64,000 bases of DNA from Eledone cirrhosa (GCA_964016885.1 OZ024740.1:42842001-42906000); one strand, 5' to 3'. Positions 40,611 through 58,514 are shown, counted from the first letter of the stretch. The notes: generated by a model not told the origin, from the letters alone. Program-made: numbers and translations.

Positions 40611-41109
40611 GTTATTATTCCAATTTAAATAATGTATTCTAATTTATATATATTGCTTTAAAGTTGCTAGAAAATAATCGTAATTATTCTTGCAATAAAC
40701 TGATACAATTGAAATTGCGTAAGAAACGAAATATAATAAAAACGATTCATGCCATGTAACTATTGCTTACTTTGATAGCGCTTTAGTGGTTATGACATAA
40801 TATATTTTTTATTGTAAAGTTACCGCAACCTAGCGAATTTCAGCAGATGTAGCCGGGCTCGACCTGAATAAGAAATATATTTAAGTTATTCGATTCAACA
40901 AAGCTGTATACATACATGTATGCAAAGTTTGTATATGGAATAATATACGATAAGTTTACGAATAAACATTTGAAAGCCTTTATCTACGAATTTTAAAGGT
41001 GGTAGCTGGGGTCACCTACCAATTTCCAGCAGAAGCAAGGAGTATGTCAACGACATCTGTTTCTGGCTTGTGTGGCCGTTGTCAAGATAACGCACCTCCT
41101 TGCTTCGCC

Positions 41110-42050
41110 TTTATTCTGGAACTCAAATAAGCCACAATAATATAGTTTTGAGGCTTATGTATATGGGCTGATTAGTCTCATTTGCATACGGAGCAGTGGG
41201 TTGGCTCGGCTGGAACAAGAAAATATATATATATATTCACACATACACACGCAAATAAGTCACACACACACATATATATATATATAAAGGCAATTTAGTA
41301 ATATGCTGCTGTTGTAATGTGCTGTGTGTTTTATTGGCAGAATATTTTCCATTGCTTTGCAGAATAATAACTTCCTCGATAAACATAAAATAACATTAGC
41401 TACAATTATATTTCTAGAGAGTTATTGATATATTTTATAGAATTTATTTTTAAATAACCATTTCCATATTTTCCCTAGAATATTGCGATGAATTATCCAG
41501 GCTTGGTATCAATTAACATTCGTATGGTTTTCTTCATATGAACATGCGCCTTTAATTACGTTATGAAGTAGCAAAGTCATGAATTATCATATTGGAAATC
41601 CACTTAATGCAAAACCTGCATTTTCGTGACAGGTATAAATGGAAATCTTGGCGACAAACAGATTGTAGTTTGTATACGAAACTAACAATTTCTACAACCG
41701 ATATGGTCAATGTGACATATTGTTTATGATTAAGCTGGCATTTGGAAAACCGAAACATCACATGAGAAAAACATTTTTTTGAATTTCTTGTCCTCGATCG
41801 TGTAAATTCCAACATCAATTTATTGACTCATAAAGTAAAGGTCTGTGTATTCATTACATTACAAGAGGTTACATTCAGACCTTTCTTCAATATAGGGACT
41901 ATCTCATATATTCTATCTTTCTTCGGTTTTCATGCATGCTTTTTCGAGAAAGACACCACCTCTCAAAAGCTGACTCGATATGTTGTTGAATTAACGTAGA
42001 TGCTGTGGAAGTGTGTTCCAGGTGATCCAATTAACGGAATTCTCTGCTCC
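41110..42050 (-). pseudogene. Decayed GlyR/GluCl-like relic 6
   Basis: QRIPLIGSPGTHFHSIYVNS (compare RIRP..GPP...IFINS), VFLEKA, NKLM, FSC-x7-P..C, EIVSFVY, KYINNSLEI*L*LMLFYV, GLFEF, in order. Confidence 0.6.
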
Positions 42051-44862
42051 TGAAATAAACATGTAATACACAGATTAATCCACAGACACGTGCACCCTTA
42101 ATTTAGTTTTCTGTGGTATTCAGCGTAACACAATCTATGACAATGTTAACACCTTGAATTACATAAGTCGATTTGAGTAACGTGAAAGTATACTTATCAA
42201 GGGCACCACACAGCGCTAGATTCTGTAATCAAGTACGCGCTCTTACAATTGTGAGCCGAACACCCTTACTACTAAGCCATATGCTTTCACGTGCCTCAAC
42301 ATATTTAATTCATAAAGAAGCTAAATGTGTTTACTTTCTGGAGTGTCGATATTTAATTTTTTTTAATTTTTGAAGTGTCGCACAAATATTCTTATCGAGA
42401 AACAACGAAACATCGTTGATTCTGAACCACTGGATTTCCACTAATTTTGGATAGCAGTTACAATGTCACGTTGTTCTTGATCACCACAATTCCTTTTTAT
42501 GAGATAAATCTGTATTCTTACACCTATAGATGTAGCGTTATTAAATGTGTGATGATAGAAGTAGAAACTAAATAATATTAGTTCCTTTCTGGACATAAAT
42601 CATTTTGAGAAAACTTTTCTCTTCCGGACTTCATGTGTTAAAATGCATTTGCTTTCCATGCTTTCCTTGCTTCCTAAAGTATTAACTTAGATTTTAAGAG
42701 TCAACAAGCCTATCCTGGTTGCTATTCTGATTATTAAACATCATAGATATCACGCAAATGTATGCGACTTACATCAACACCACCTGAAGAACACAATGGT
42801 TTCAGCACGTTCTTTCAAGATTCCCTAGTCCAGCGGTCCTAGAGAGGATTGATACTATCATACAATATCCGTGGAACCTTTGTTTGGAAGTACACATTTC
42901 TGCCAAACATACTGTTTTTACAAAAATTCAACAACTTCTATAATTAACCTAACCATGCTGCACATAACCAAGAAATTAACGTATCTGAAATATAGATATA
43001 CACAAACAGACGTACGCATGTATGTATACATGGATATACACATTTATGTAAGTATATATGTATGTATGTATGTATGTATGTGTGTATGTATGTATGTATG
43101 TATGTATGTATGTATTATGTATGTATGTATGTATGTATGTATGTATGTATGTATGCATGTATGTACTCTTGATATGTGATATTTAATGTGATGCATGGCA
43201 TTGCTGGACATATGCAAGCCCCTAGCAGGTCTAAAAAGCCACATCCATGTTTATGTATCAAGCGATGTCATTACTTGAAATTCAATTGCAGCCATCATGT
43301 ATGCATGTATGCATGTATGCATGTATTTATGTATGTATGTGTGTATATATATGTATATATGCGTATATGTCTATTTCTACTGGCAGTTACTCGTAATATA
43401 GTATGTTAGGCTTTTCTTCAAATTATAATAATTAGGCAATGCAGAAACTTCATAAATGTTACTTAGCTCTTTCACGAGAATAAAGACCATACATACTGCC
43501 GCACGCACTCCTGCAGATATCGTAGAATACATTTGACTCTCCCAGTGTGGTTGATTCTGCTCTGGTTCTTTCTTTAGTTCTTATTGTTCTAGCCAATTTG
43601 TTTCTGAAATGTTGCTCCTTTCCTTACAGCTCTCCTCCATTTTTTTGCGGTAAGTCGTTGTTTAATCTTATGTTGTAATCAAGGCACCTAACTCATATAG
43701 GTGACATTGACGGCATTCTTATAAAGGCGTTATGGGGTGTCCTCTTCGATAACTTCTAGATTTCAGCTCACTATAGAACACCAATTTGAGCATTCTTATG
43801 TATCCCATGCGGATTAAAGCACTAACAGAAGATAGGATGGATACAACACTAGTCATATATGCACGCTACATAACCAGCTGGCTGGAGATGCCATCTCACC
43901 AGGAAATATTCATTATGGATCGTATTTGGTATAACGGACATTTCCTATGTCTTTTAACGTGTCATCAGTGGTATAGTGTGTATGTTTCAACAGAGTACGA
44001 CAAGCAGCATAGCACTATTGCTCGCTACACTTTGCATTTTCTTTACAGTGTTATGCCCTGTTGTTTCCACAGATGATGATCACAGCAGACTCTTTGCGGC
44101 GATCTACCTCCGTATCGTGACTATTTTCAACAAAAATTGCGTCGTTTAAATGTGAACGTCTTGCAGTAGCTGATTAGTGATCAACATTATTAGAAGTTTG
44201 TTTTCCGGCAGGACAGTTTCCGGCTGTTACAGGATGTGAGTCTTTTTTACATTGATTGAGAGACTGAAATCTGTCGCAGTATGTTCGAATATGCAATTCT
44301 CTGGATACCCAGCATGAATTGAGCCACTAGAGCTGAGTCATCAGTAAAGAGAGACTCATGGATAGACATAAAATGGCAATTTTTGAAGCATCGTATCCTG
44401 GATAGGTTTAGCACTCCACCATATACCTTCCTGTGGATATGTACTCAACTTGTGAGCTCGCTCACAATATTTTAAAGGAATAATGTGAAGAATGTTGGAT
44501 ATATTTCATCCAAGTTCTTCAACTGTCCTTTATTCACGTTGTTGTGGTTTACCAGATGGGTAGATTATTACTTTCACAAACAACATATATATTATTTCTG
44601 TCAGCTACTATATGACAATAAATTCAGACGCGTAAAAACAGCTCACACGCACTTAGGTACACATATAGCCATACCTATTCACAGGAATGTAAATCCAAAC
44701 CTACATGCATGTAGCCATGTTTTCGATTTACCTAAAAACATCGGTAGTATAGTGTATTGATCCATATATCCCGACACCAAATGGATATATCCATACACGT
44801 AAATGTACTGAAACGCATAAAACATAGATACCTATATTAGTTCACATACACATACATGTGCC

Positions 44863-44897
<35 letters not shown>

Positions 44898-45310
44898 GTA
44901 TTTTTTATGTCTGCATGTATTTTTATATGTCTGCATGCATGTACTTATGTGCACATAAGTGTCTTTCCATGTAATTATGTATATATGTATTCAAGTATGT
45001 GTGTAATATATATATATATATACATACATAGGGACAATTAAATCTCTCCCAAGGTAATTCTATCTCGTGTTTTTATTTTTATTTTTATCCTTTACGCTCT
45101 TTCCTACATTCTTCTACACGGTACAGTCTTCTACACGCCACGTATCTCAACGTACACCCACTTACATATCTCTCTCCCCCACCGGATCTTGTTACCCGGA
45201 GATTTACCCATCTGCATTGTCGAGGCTTCCAAACGACTTAAAGAAATGTACCTTATTATTCCACAATGCTTCAAGCAAACTTCAATACTCTCATATATAT
45301 ATTTCATATA

Positions 45311-46147
45311 TTTCATATATTTTTATATCTGCATATCTGTTTGACCCGAAATAGGAGATCGAATTTTCGCTGTGTGGATAATTAGTTTAACCACCGTCTC
45401 AGTGTGTTTGGCCTTTAACGTAAGTTGTAAGCTCTAATTCATTCGAATTATGGAGCGCTTGCCTCACAATTAGAAAGTGTTTTTTCGTTATTTCATAGGC
45501 TGAAATTCGATTCTCGCTAATTTTTACTTGTATTAATCTCCAGAGTCTAGCTATTGGACAGTTCATTTTATTGACTGGTTTTGGTCTATTCTATTGACTG
45601 CCGAATAGCTTTGTTATATTTAACCACTCTGTGGAGAGCTTCATTCAATTTGTGATATTATGCATTTTTGCAATATTATACACAGATGAATTCAATCGCC
45701 TAATTTAGGTGTTGCCTCCCTTGCTGAACCCCACGTGGGGTCAGTTACAGACACATCTATGTGGTCTTTCGAACTGAATCCCGTTGATAACACGTACTCC
45801 TAGTTCAGTCAGGATACGAGAAACTTAACATCCTTTATGTAAGTGGACAGTAAATGACTTATGGAGCCGCAGAAACCCCAACACTGGACTTTACTATCAT
45901 TCCAGGGGTCCGGGTGAGTATCAAACATTTATGCTTTCATATATTTTTATATCTGTATATCTGTTTGACCCGAAATAGGAGATTGAATCTTCGCTGTGTG
46001 GATAATTAGTTTAACCACCGTCTCAGTGTGTTTGGCCTTTAACGTAAGTTATAAGCTCTAATTCATTTGAATTATGGAGCGCTTGCCTCACAATTCGAAA
46101 GTGTTTTTTCGTTATTCCATAGGCTGAAATTCGATTCTCGCTAATTT
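45311..46147. mobile_element. Non-coding element with 213-bp terminal direct repeats (625-bp period)
   Basis: 45311-45523 repeats at 45936-46147; no ORF inside. Confidence 0.75.
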
Positions 46148-46171
46148 ATATATATATAGAGAGAGAGAGAG

Positions 46172-49710
<3,539 letters not shown>

Positions 49711-49717
49711 TACTAAT

Positions 49718-49936
<219 letters not shown>

Positions 49937-50479
49937 CACACATACTTGAATACAAAATTACATGGAAAGACACTTATGTGCACATAAGTACATGCATGCA
50001 GACATATAAAAATACACATATGCACACAAGAGGTACATATACACACGTACTCCGATTGGCATAGGTTGATATCAGTGCAAATCGTGTGACTCTTGCAGTT
50101 CCGATGCATACCATGGGCTCCCGCTCTCCAACCAATATTCGTTCTAGATTTAAATGGATAGGTATAACTGAGGTGGGGTGGTATATGAATATATACATAC
50201 ATATAATTTAAATATAATGTAAACAGTTAGGTAAGCACAAAAGCAAAAAAAAATATAAGTTGGAGAAGTCGAAGTAAGGTTGCCACGAAGAAGGCAACAG
50301 TTATATCAACGAAAAAAAGCGGTTGTCAATTCTTTGCTCTTGGGAAGCGGGACAGACCGTTTATTTCGTTTTTTTTTTCTTTTTCATTCTAGAAATCGTT
50401 TATTGTTTTTATATGAAAAATAACACTGACAGTAAGTACAAGTTAGACAGATTTTGTAAATAAAGAAATGCCTTTAGAA

Positions 50480-50800
50480 ATTATTTATAAAATACAGTAA
50501 ATGTAATATATATAATGAATTAAAAATATGATTATAACTAAAGCACAGAATGAATCATAATTAATTGGGTGATGTCTAAGAACATCTGACTGATAAAATG
50601 ACAAGTCAGTCAATCATATTGGTGGCCTCCCCACAGCCCCGGCGGACAGAATGGAGATGGCGTTTCCCCGATGGACGGCAAGGGAGACGCGGTAGAAAAG
50701 CCATTCCAGCTCGCGAGGCTCACACCTGCGGCTGGCCAGCTCAGCGCCTATGGTGGTGAGTAGGGAGGTAGCCCTAGCGCCGAGGGCAACAGAAGTCTCC
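50480..50800 (-). mobile_element. CRE-like (restriction-like endonuclease) non-LTR 3' fragment
   Basis: GA.ATSLL..IG..LA....EPRE..WLFYRVSLAVHRGNAISIL, typical QRGNA-type C-terminus. Confidence 0.75.
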
Positions 50801-51610
50801 TCTGCCAAGTTCGGCAGACGGTCATCCGTGTAAATTTGATTTATGTCAGTTAATCTAACCACACGAAATGGCAATCTTACTTATGACGCCTCTCGGCAGA
50901 GTGAACTAATTAACTAATAAACTACCTATGATTTGTGTTATATTTGCATTGATCAACACACACGCACACACGCACACACACACAGAGAAACACATACATG
51001 CAGAAACACACAGAGACAACAAGGTAAGATATGTCCTACGCATTCTGTGTTTACATGAGGTAACGTATCTTTCTTCCTTTGATTAACCCAAGTATTTTTA
51101 CTCCTGTTAAATATACATAACACTGTTAAATATACATAGTCAGTGTTTTTTTTTGGGGGGGGGATGCATCATTATGGATGATAATATTGATAAATTACTA
51201 CATTGGGCTGCAGATCTAGAGTATTAGAGTAACTCATAACTAAACTTTATTAACTAGGAATTTTGTATTAAATTATATTTGCTTTGCGCTCTAGCCAACG
51301 CTAGACCCGCCATATTAACTCTTCAACATTCCTTGTTTATCATACGTTCCTACCCACTTTACAGATAGCTGTAAACAATCCTTTCTTAACGCATGACCGG
51401 CCCGGCTACCACAGGTCAGATTGTCATCTTACTCACACGCCTTAGTTCTATTGGCAAGTTCAGCCACCCCACCCACCCGCCTCTATGAATGAATTTAACA
51501 ATGTATACAAAACATGTGACCACTCCCCGTGACAGAAAAGAAAAACAACAATTTTTAGAATTGTTTGATATGACACTACCGCTATGCTTTCATTAGATGC
51601 CCATATATGG

Positions 51611-52023
51611 ACTATACCCCTTAATAAGTTCAGCTAACTTACTACCATCCTAAAACTATTGGGTTAGTTCAGATCTAGCTGTCGAAACGGCCGGAGCTCA
51701 ACCGTCGGGGTCCTGACTCTTTTCCTATTAAACACTCCACTACCCTAAGTATCGAGTACTCTGGTGCGTTATGGTCCACCTGGTTCCTTCGTTATACATA
51801 TATATATAGGAAAAAGTATGACCCCGACGGCAGTGCTCAAGCCATTTCGACGGCTATTTCTGGACTAAATTAGAATTTTTAGACTAAACATTCTAATTTA
51901 GTCCAGAAATAGCCGCCGAAACGGCTTGAGCACTGCCGTCGGAGTCATACCTTTTCCTATTACCCACTCTACTAACCTAAGTATTGAGTACTCTGGTGCC
52001 TTATGGTCCATCTGGTTCCTTAG
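51611..52023. repeat. Hammerhead-derived direct plus inverted repeat cluster
   Basis: Palindrome 51806-51960; 51681-51790 repeats at 51915-52023; GAAA-cggc..gccg-TC motifs; related sequence at 9228-9275. Confidence 0.8.
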
Positions 52024-52084
52024 CACAATTCCTTTGTTATATATATATATATAACGAAGGAGTTGGTTATTGATTAGGCGATAC

Positions 52085-52187
52085 CCGCCGATGAAGCCGC
52101 ATAAGCCGACTGTGCATTGTTGCATAATATATGCAAATAGATGGTGCACCCTACTGCTGCATTAGTGCGGCAGAAACTCGAGTCCGG
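52085..52187 (+). ncRNA. Hammerhead fold with CCGATGA core and long stem II
   Basis: ccg-CCGATGA-a gccgca...tgcggc a-GAAA-ctcgag-TC-cgg. Confidence 0.62.
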
Positions 52188-52767
52188 AAACCTTATAGGC
52201 ACCCGTTTTACGTGTGTTGTGTTGAAGCAAATAACTTTGTGTATACTCTGGTAATGTATCTTACATTGCCCATGGAGTGCGCTAACGTTAAGACGCTCTT
52301 CCTGCTATATTAAAACTTAACCTAATATATACCATTCATATACTGTACCGATTGTGTTGTTATTTCTGTTTACCTTTTACATATATATGAGGCTATAAAA
52401 ATATGTATTTATATGATTCAATATATATATATATATATCATGTTTGTGTATATATCATGTTGTGTATATATCATGTTTGTGTATATGTATATGTGAGTAT
52501 ATAAATATATGCATTCGGACTACCTATCTACGGTTAGCTTTCCTCTTTGTTGTTTTCTTGTCTCACTCGCTTTACGCGTTTTAATTGTCCTAATAACTTA
52601 ATTTAGTTATTATTGCACCAACGTGAGGTATATGATTTTTAATGCAATGAAATATCTATGATCGTTGGCAAATCACTGATGAGGGACTCATTTTATAACA
52701 TGTTATCCATGTGCAACCTGCAGTATTCTTCTCCCCATTTTTTCACATATATATATATATATATATA

Positions 52768-53015
52768 TTTATTAAAATAACAGATTAGAGTTTAAGCAAA
52801 GAATCGCTGCTTTCACCCTTAACGGGATCTTCTGAAGCTAACAAAGTTAATCTGTGAACGCGGAAGTGAATATTTCAAAAAACGTTGCAACCGGAGGAAG
52901 ACAGGAAGACGATACTTATGTTCGTGGAAGCGTTCCCTGGCAAAGAACGGGAAAAAAACGAATATAATACGTCATTATTTGGAGCGGTGAAAACAATTAC
53001 ACGGAAAGACAAAAC

Positions 53016-53018
<3 letters not shown>
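52768..53018 (-). mobile_element. PLE terminal fragment (CAGAAGA family)
   Basis: Reverse complement of 14650-14897; fold at 52789-52839. Confidence 0.88.
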
Positions 53019-53063
<45 letters not shown>

Positions 53064-53154
53064 TATGTGTGTGTGTGTGTAGTGTGTAAATATTTGCGTA
53101 TACTACTTCGTTAACCTCTGTATTAACTCAACAACTATTTAGCTTTGACAGTGT

Positions 53155-53775
53155 TGTCCCACTCATGTATACTATTGAAGATGAAGAAAAAGACTGTAAA
53201 CACTAGCTTATCTTTATAATTTAAAATTGATATACACTTCGATACTCTGTACATGCCAAACGCTTACTTTTACTTCATGACAGCTAGTTTTACACACCGT
53301 AACGTTAGATACATTATACCCCCCACCTAAGTAATGTCAGGGTCTCCTTAAATAATTTATTGATAGCATTGTTGTAATTGTTGTTATTGTTCTAACTGAA
53401 TGCCATTACTACTTCATATAGTAGCCTGTATATTCTTTTCTTGCCTGTGTATTCTCTTCATTCTCGCATGCTCCGAAGATCTGACTGGTTATAATTTTGT
53501 ATTGGCGATCGAGTAACGCGAAAATAAGCGAATAGCGATCTCTAGACCTACCAGTTCAGAGAAACAATTGTCAGCTATGAGATTAAAAACCTTTTTTGTA
53601 TAGCAAACCATGTCAACCTTCTTTCCTGATTTATTATTACTCCAAGTGTTTACAACATAGGAATTACGGCATACCCGCAGCATCACTATGAAAACGCCTT
53701 GTTGAGTCAAACCAAGCCAAGCGTTAATATCATCCACTACCTGGAATAGCATAATGGACTTTACCTAAGTGGACT
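53155..53775 (-). pseudogene. Decayed GlyR/GluCl-like relic 7 (M2-M3 loop to M4)
   Basis: LGKVHYAI (53768-53745; compare LPKVSYVK), INAWLG....VFIVML/YAVI (M3), LVFTVFFFIFN (53206-53174; M4). Confidence 0.65.
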
Positions 53776-53821
53776 GCATTTAACTATTATTTGTTACCCC
53801 TTATATATATATATATATATA

Positions 53822-55023
53822 CAAAATTAAATTAAGCTAAGGTTGTCATGTATGAGAGACATGCGCCGTATTCACTGCAGAATAAGCTCAAAGATTCTAA
53901 TGAATAGTTCCGGGCATTTTATATCAACTAGAAATAGATTGACACACATATATATAAAATAAACACATGAAACAATCTCAGGGAATAATTTGTAAAGTGT
54001 GTAGGCACACATAGGTAGGTAACTAATTAAAGTTTAACTAGAACTTCAAATATAGGTACCTTTTAAAATGATTAATCTCCTTTGTATATATTTCTTTCAA
54101 TAAAACATGTATTTCACCAATTAATCCGTAAATCACAGCAGTCAAATCCTGGATGGTCATCAAAGGAGAAGATCCAACTATCTGTGTTTACACAGTAAAT
54201 GCAAATCTGTGAATGACTCGAACCACATGTTGCATTTTATATAAAATACAGACATCGCACCGCGTCATCCCAGTAGTATGAATAGGATTATCGACAGCTA
54301 GAAATAGCAGCCGAGTCCATTCAACTGAATTAGTTCTACAATCAAGGGGCCGTATATATATCCAAAATTAAATTAAGGTAAGGTTGTTATGTCTGAGAGA
54401 CATGCGCCGTATTCACTGCAGAATAAGCTCGAAGATTCCAATGAATAGTTCCGAGCATTTTATATCAACTAGAAATAGATTGACATATATATATATATGA
54501 AATAAACACATGAAACAATCTCAGGAAATAAGCACACATAGCTAGGTAGGTAACTAATTAAAGTTTAACTAGAACTTCAAATATAGGTACCTGTTAAAAT
54601 GATTAATCTCTAATTCAGTTGAATGGACTCGGCTGCTATATCTAGCTGTCGATAATCCTATTCATGCCACTGGGATGACGCGGTGCGATGTCTGTATTTT
54701 ATATAAAATGCAACACGTGGTTCGAGTCATTCACAGATTTGCATTTACTGTGTAAACACAGATGGTTGGATCTTCTCCTTTGATGAACATCCAGGATTTG
54801 ACTGCTGTGATTTACTGATTAATTGGTGAAATATGTTTTATTGAAAGAAATATATACAAAGGAGATTAATCATTTTAAAAGGTACCTATATTTGAAGTTC
54901 TAGTTAAACTTTAATTAGTTACCTACCTAGCTATGTGTGCTTACACACTTTACAATTTATTCCCTAAGATTGTTTCATGTGTTTATTTTATATATATATT
55001 TGTCAATCTATTTCTAGTTGATA
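53822..55023. repeat. 541-bp unit, partial tandem copy and 413-bp inverted copy
   Basis: 53822 recurs at 54363-54610; 54611-55023 is the reverse complement of ~53921-54333. Confidence 0.92.
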
Positions 55024-55243
55024 AATATATATATATAGTATTAATTATACTATTTATGGGTATGTAAATACAAAAACCTTGTGCAGTTATATATATTTTT
55101 ATACAAACCCTAAATAGTGGTAGACAGTAATATATTACTACCTTATTACCAGTAAGTTAAGTAGCTCAATGTAAAAACATCAGATGATTTAGAGAGCAGT
55201 TATATGAAATATAAGAATCAAAGAACTGTTCAAAACACTTTTA

Positions 55244-55290
55244 TGCTTACAACTGTTTCCTCCAAACCGAGGTTTGGATTCTTCAGAGCA
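55244..55290 (-). ncRNA. Type I hammerhead fold
   Basis: tgct-CTGAAGA-a tccaaac ctcg gtttgga g-GAAA-cagttg-TA-agca. Confidence 0.75.
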
Positions 55291-55507
55291 ATTTATTAAT
55301 GAATGAACATTTATATGACCTCCTTTTCACCCAAGAGACATACAGATACATATGCAAATATTGTGGGTCAACATTAATTACAGCATTTAGAGTGGCAGTA
55401 CACACTTAGAGATTACATTCATATTAAAAGATACAATCAAAAATACAGGTTAAAATACAACATGAAAATAAGCGGTTATATAGTGCAAAGGTTATATGTG
55501 TGGCAAG

Positions 55508-55590
<83 letters not shown>

Positions 55591-55759
55591 ACATATATAT
55601 ATATATATATATATGTATACATATATATATATATATACATATATATATATCAGTGTGGATGTATAGATGTGTATTCAGATACGCGTGTGCCTTTGTGTTA
55701 ACTTTGTTAATGATGAGCTGATGCTTCAGGAAACATTAATGTTTCAAATATATATTAGC

Positions 55760-56002
55760 TTCATGTTTTAAAAAATATCTAAATGACAATACACACATTT
55801 TAATCAAATTTACAATATTTCTATTTCCTTAGTGTATAATATATTTTACATTATCGAAAATTATTCGATAGTTAAATCTTAAAATGATTAACTGTCATTC
55901 CCTATATACCTATATGCATATATTTATATACGTATATATACATACACACACGCATACATACATACGCCCAAACATCATCCCAAATGCATATATATACGGT
56001 AA

Positions 56003-56073
<71 letters not shown>

Positions 56074-56830
56074 CGTGTGTGAGTGTATATATATATATAT
56101 ATGTATGAATGTATATATGCAGAGTGACTCTAGGTCTTGGAAATTCCTCTGCGTATTCCTATTTCAATGTACCACTGAAAACACATTACTTATATCATTA
56201 ATGAGCGTATGAATCCAATTTAGTTTTGCACTATATCATTTCAATAATGCTCTATATAAGTAATGTAAATTTAATTTTGAATAATAACTTAATTACATTT
56301 GTTTCCCAAAGACGGTTCCAATTTCTTAATTGATACTTAATTTCATCAAGCTGTATGGTTATTAATGATGAATAAAACCCTCAACATGTTTGTTGAGCTT
56401 CTTAGTCATCCAGCGATGTTAAGATTTCTCCTATATGCAACCTCATTTGAAAATGCATAGTTGACTAATAATGTGTTGTTTTCTGTCAGGAATTGTGAGT
56501 AAATAGATATCTCCACTCTTCCAATGATATTTCTAAGTATGATTATTCGGATTTATCTAAATGATGTTGGTTAGCTAAACCTGAATGACCGAACGTGTAT
56601 TAAATACTATGAATGCGTATAATGTTGAAGCAAACTATCTGTATTAGATTTGATGAAATAACCTTTAATAATCCATGGGATTTCTATGGGGCTTTTGCTG
56701 GTTTTATGGTGTGAAATCCACATTGAAATAAGTGACAGCTATCCTGAAGTAATTTCAGTAGAGGTTTCATATTAAAGAAACACAGACCACAGGGACATTT
56801 AGGATATCGTATCCAAATTTAGATACATAT
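55760..56830 (-). pseudogene. Decayed GlyR/GluCl-like relic 8
   Basis: GYDILNVP (from 56814), PWIIKGYF, FRFS..IRIIIL, NYAF, PRVTLHI (from 56134; M2 start), NVKY..NVCIV. Confidence 0.5.
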
Positions 56831-57715
56831 AAGATAGAGAAATATAGAAAACGTAGCTTTTATGACTGCATTGTTTAATGAAATGATCGATATGCCTTCA
56901 TGTCTCAAACCATCTGCTGCCTTCTGCTATGGTAAACGTCAAAGAGAATGTTCAATTATTTAAATTTTCTGAATTTAGCAAATAATCATTATGATCTATT
57001 CAAATATCAAATTACATTAATATGTTAATATTGAAAACGATATTACTCTACATCTAAACATATCATGTTTTCCTATTACTGAGCAATGTTTATGAAATTG
57101 TAGATTGAAATATATATGCTCGACAATAAATGAGGTGATCCTTAGAAATATGAAAGAAATATGTATCCCTCCTATCATTGCAGCACTACTTATTGTTTGA
57201 ATATGAAGGAAGGGTGAGTAGCGAGATGAGAGGGAAATGTTCCAGCTGGCTATCTATTGCATTTGTTGCTTCGATCGTGCAAAATGTGAAGACGATAGAA
57301 GAAATTATAAATGTTCATGATTAAATTGATTTGAAAACAGGGGAAATATGAATTTATTTGCGTGGCGTCGTCTTGATTTTAATTTAGACATTCAGTTAGG
57401 TGTAGACATATCGTCTGTATAGTAGAAATATTATGTAAATTCTTGCTGTAATTATAGGTGATGATCCCCAAATACCAGGCGTGTGAGTTATAGTATACTC
57501 AATCCAATGGCAATTTTTCAATATTTATAGAACCAGAATACTTCTGGTTTTCTATTTGTATTACAGATCATATACAGATCATATACAGATCATATAATGT
57601 AGACATCTGTAGGAGTTCAACACAGAGGTAGAAACTCAGCTTCGTGTCTCACTTCTTCTGTGGTTACATTCATAGGTAATATTGATATTTGAATTACAAC
57701 CTAATCATTAATAAA

Positions 57716-57898
57716 TAATTGTTTCTACTTTTGGCACAAGACCAGCAATTATCCCAGTGCATTACTGGTACTTTATTTTTCGCCCCTGTAAGGATGAAAG
57801 GCAAAGTTAACCTCGACAGGATTTGAACTCAGACCGTAAAGAGCTATGCTGCAAACCATGTTGTCCGACGCACTACCGATACTTCCAATCCACCGCCC
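57716..57898 (-). mobile_element. SINE family 2
   Basis: Matches 5622-5811. Confidence 0.85.
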
Positions 57899-58194
57899 TA
57901 ATCACTAAAAGATAATGTGTCAATATTACAGAGCAACATCAAATTAATGAGGTTCTGTATAACTGATTCAATCAAAAATTATCTTTCATCCCATACACAA
58001 TGCAGTTCGTTGATGAGAAAAGAACAAGTGACTCGTCATCTGATTAGCCAAAGATCTTTGTACTGCTTAAATCGAATAACCCTATATTTGTGTGTATGTT
58101 CCTTTTATATATCTAATACGAACATATTCCAACAAATCTACTCTTAAAATAGTTTACATTATTTTACTTGAATTGGCATCCTAAATATTAAAAG

Positions 58195-58262
<68 letters not shown>

Positions 58263-58514
58263 GGGGGGGGGCGGTAAAAGAGTTGGGGGAGAAATCATCA
58301 GCTATCAGCACTGGAGTAGAAATAAACACATAGACACATGCGAAAATAGACAGACACATACAAACACGAGGCTTCGACATATACTACAACATACACATCT
58401 AATCATAAACACGTCCATAAGGATATCCAGACATACGACGGCAGCTATACACATACATAGAAATAATACATAGATACACTTGTAAGACACGTACACACTC
58501 ACTTACACACTCAC

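Noticed and set aside
43780-44080. Possible old LINE 3' fragment ending in (GAT)n (also 18060-18450)
   Set aside because: Only faint motif resemblance; cannot be supported without a search
52648-52690. Type II hammerhead-like arrangement GAAA..TA-tgat..atca-CTGATGA
   Set aside because: Stems II and III do not pair
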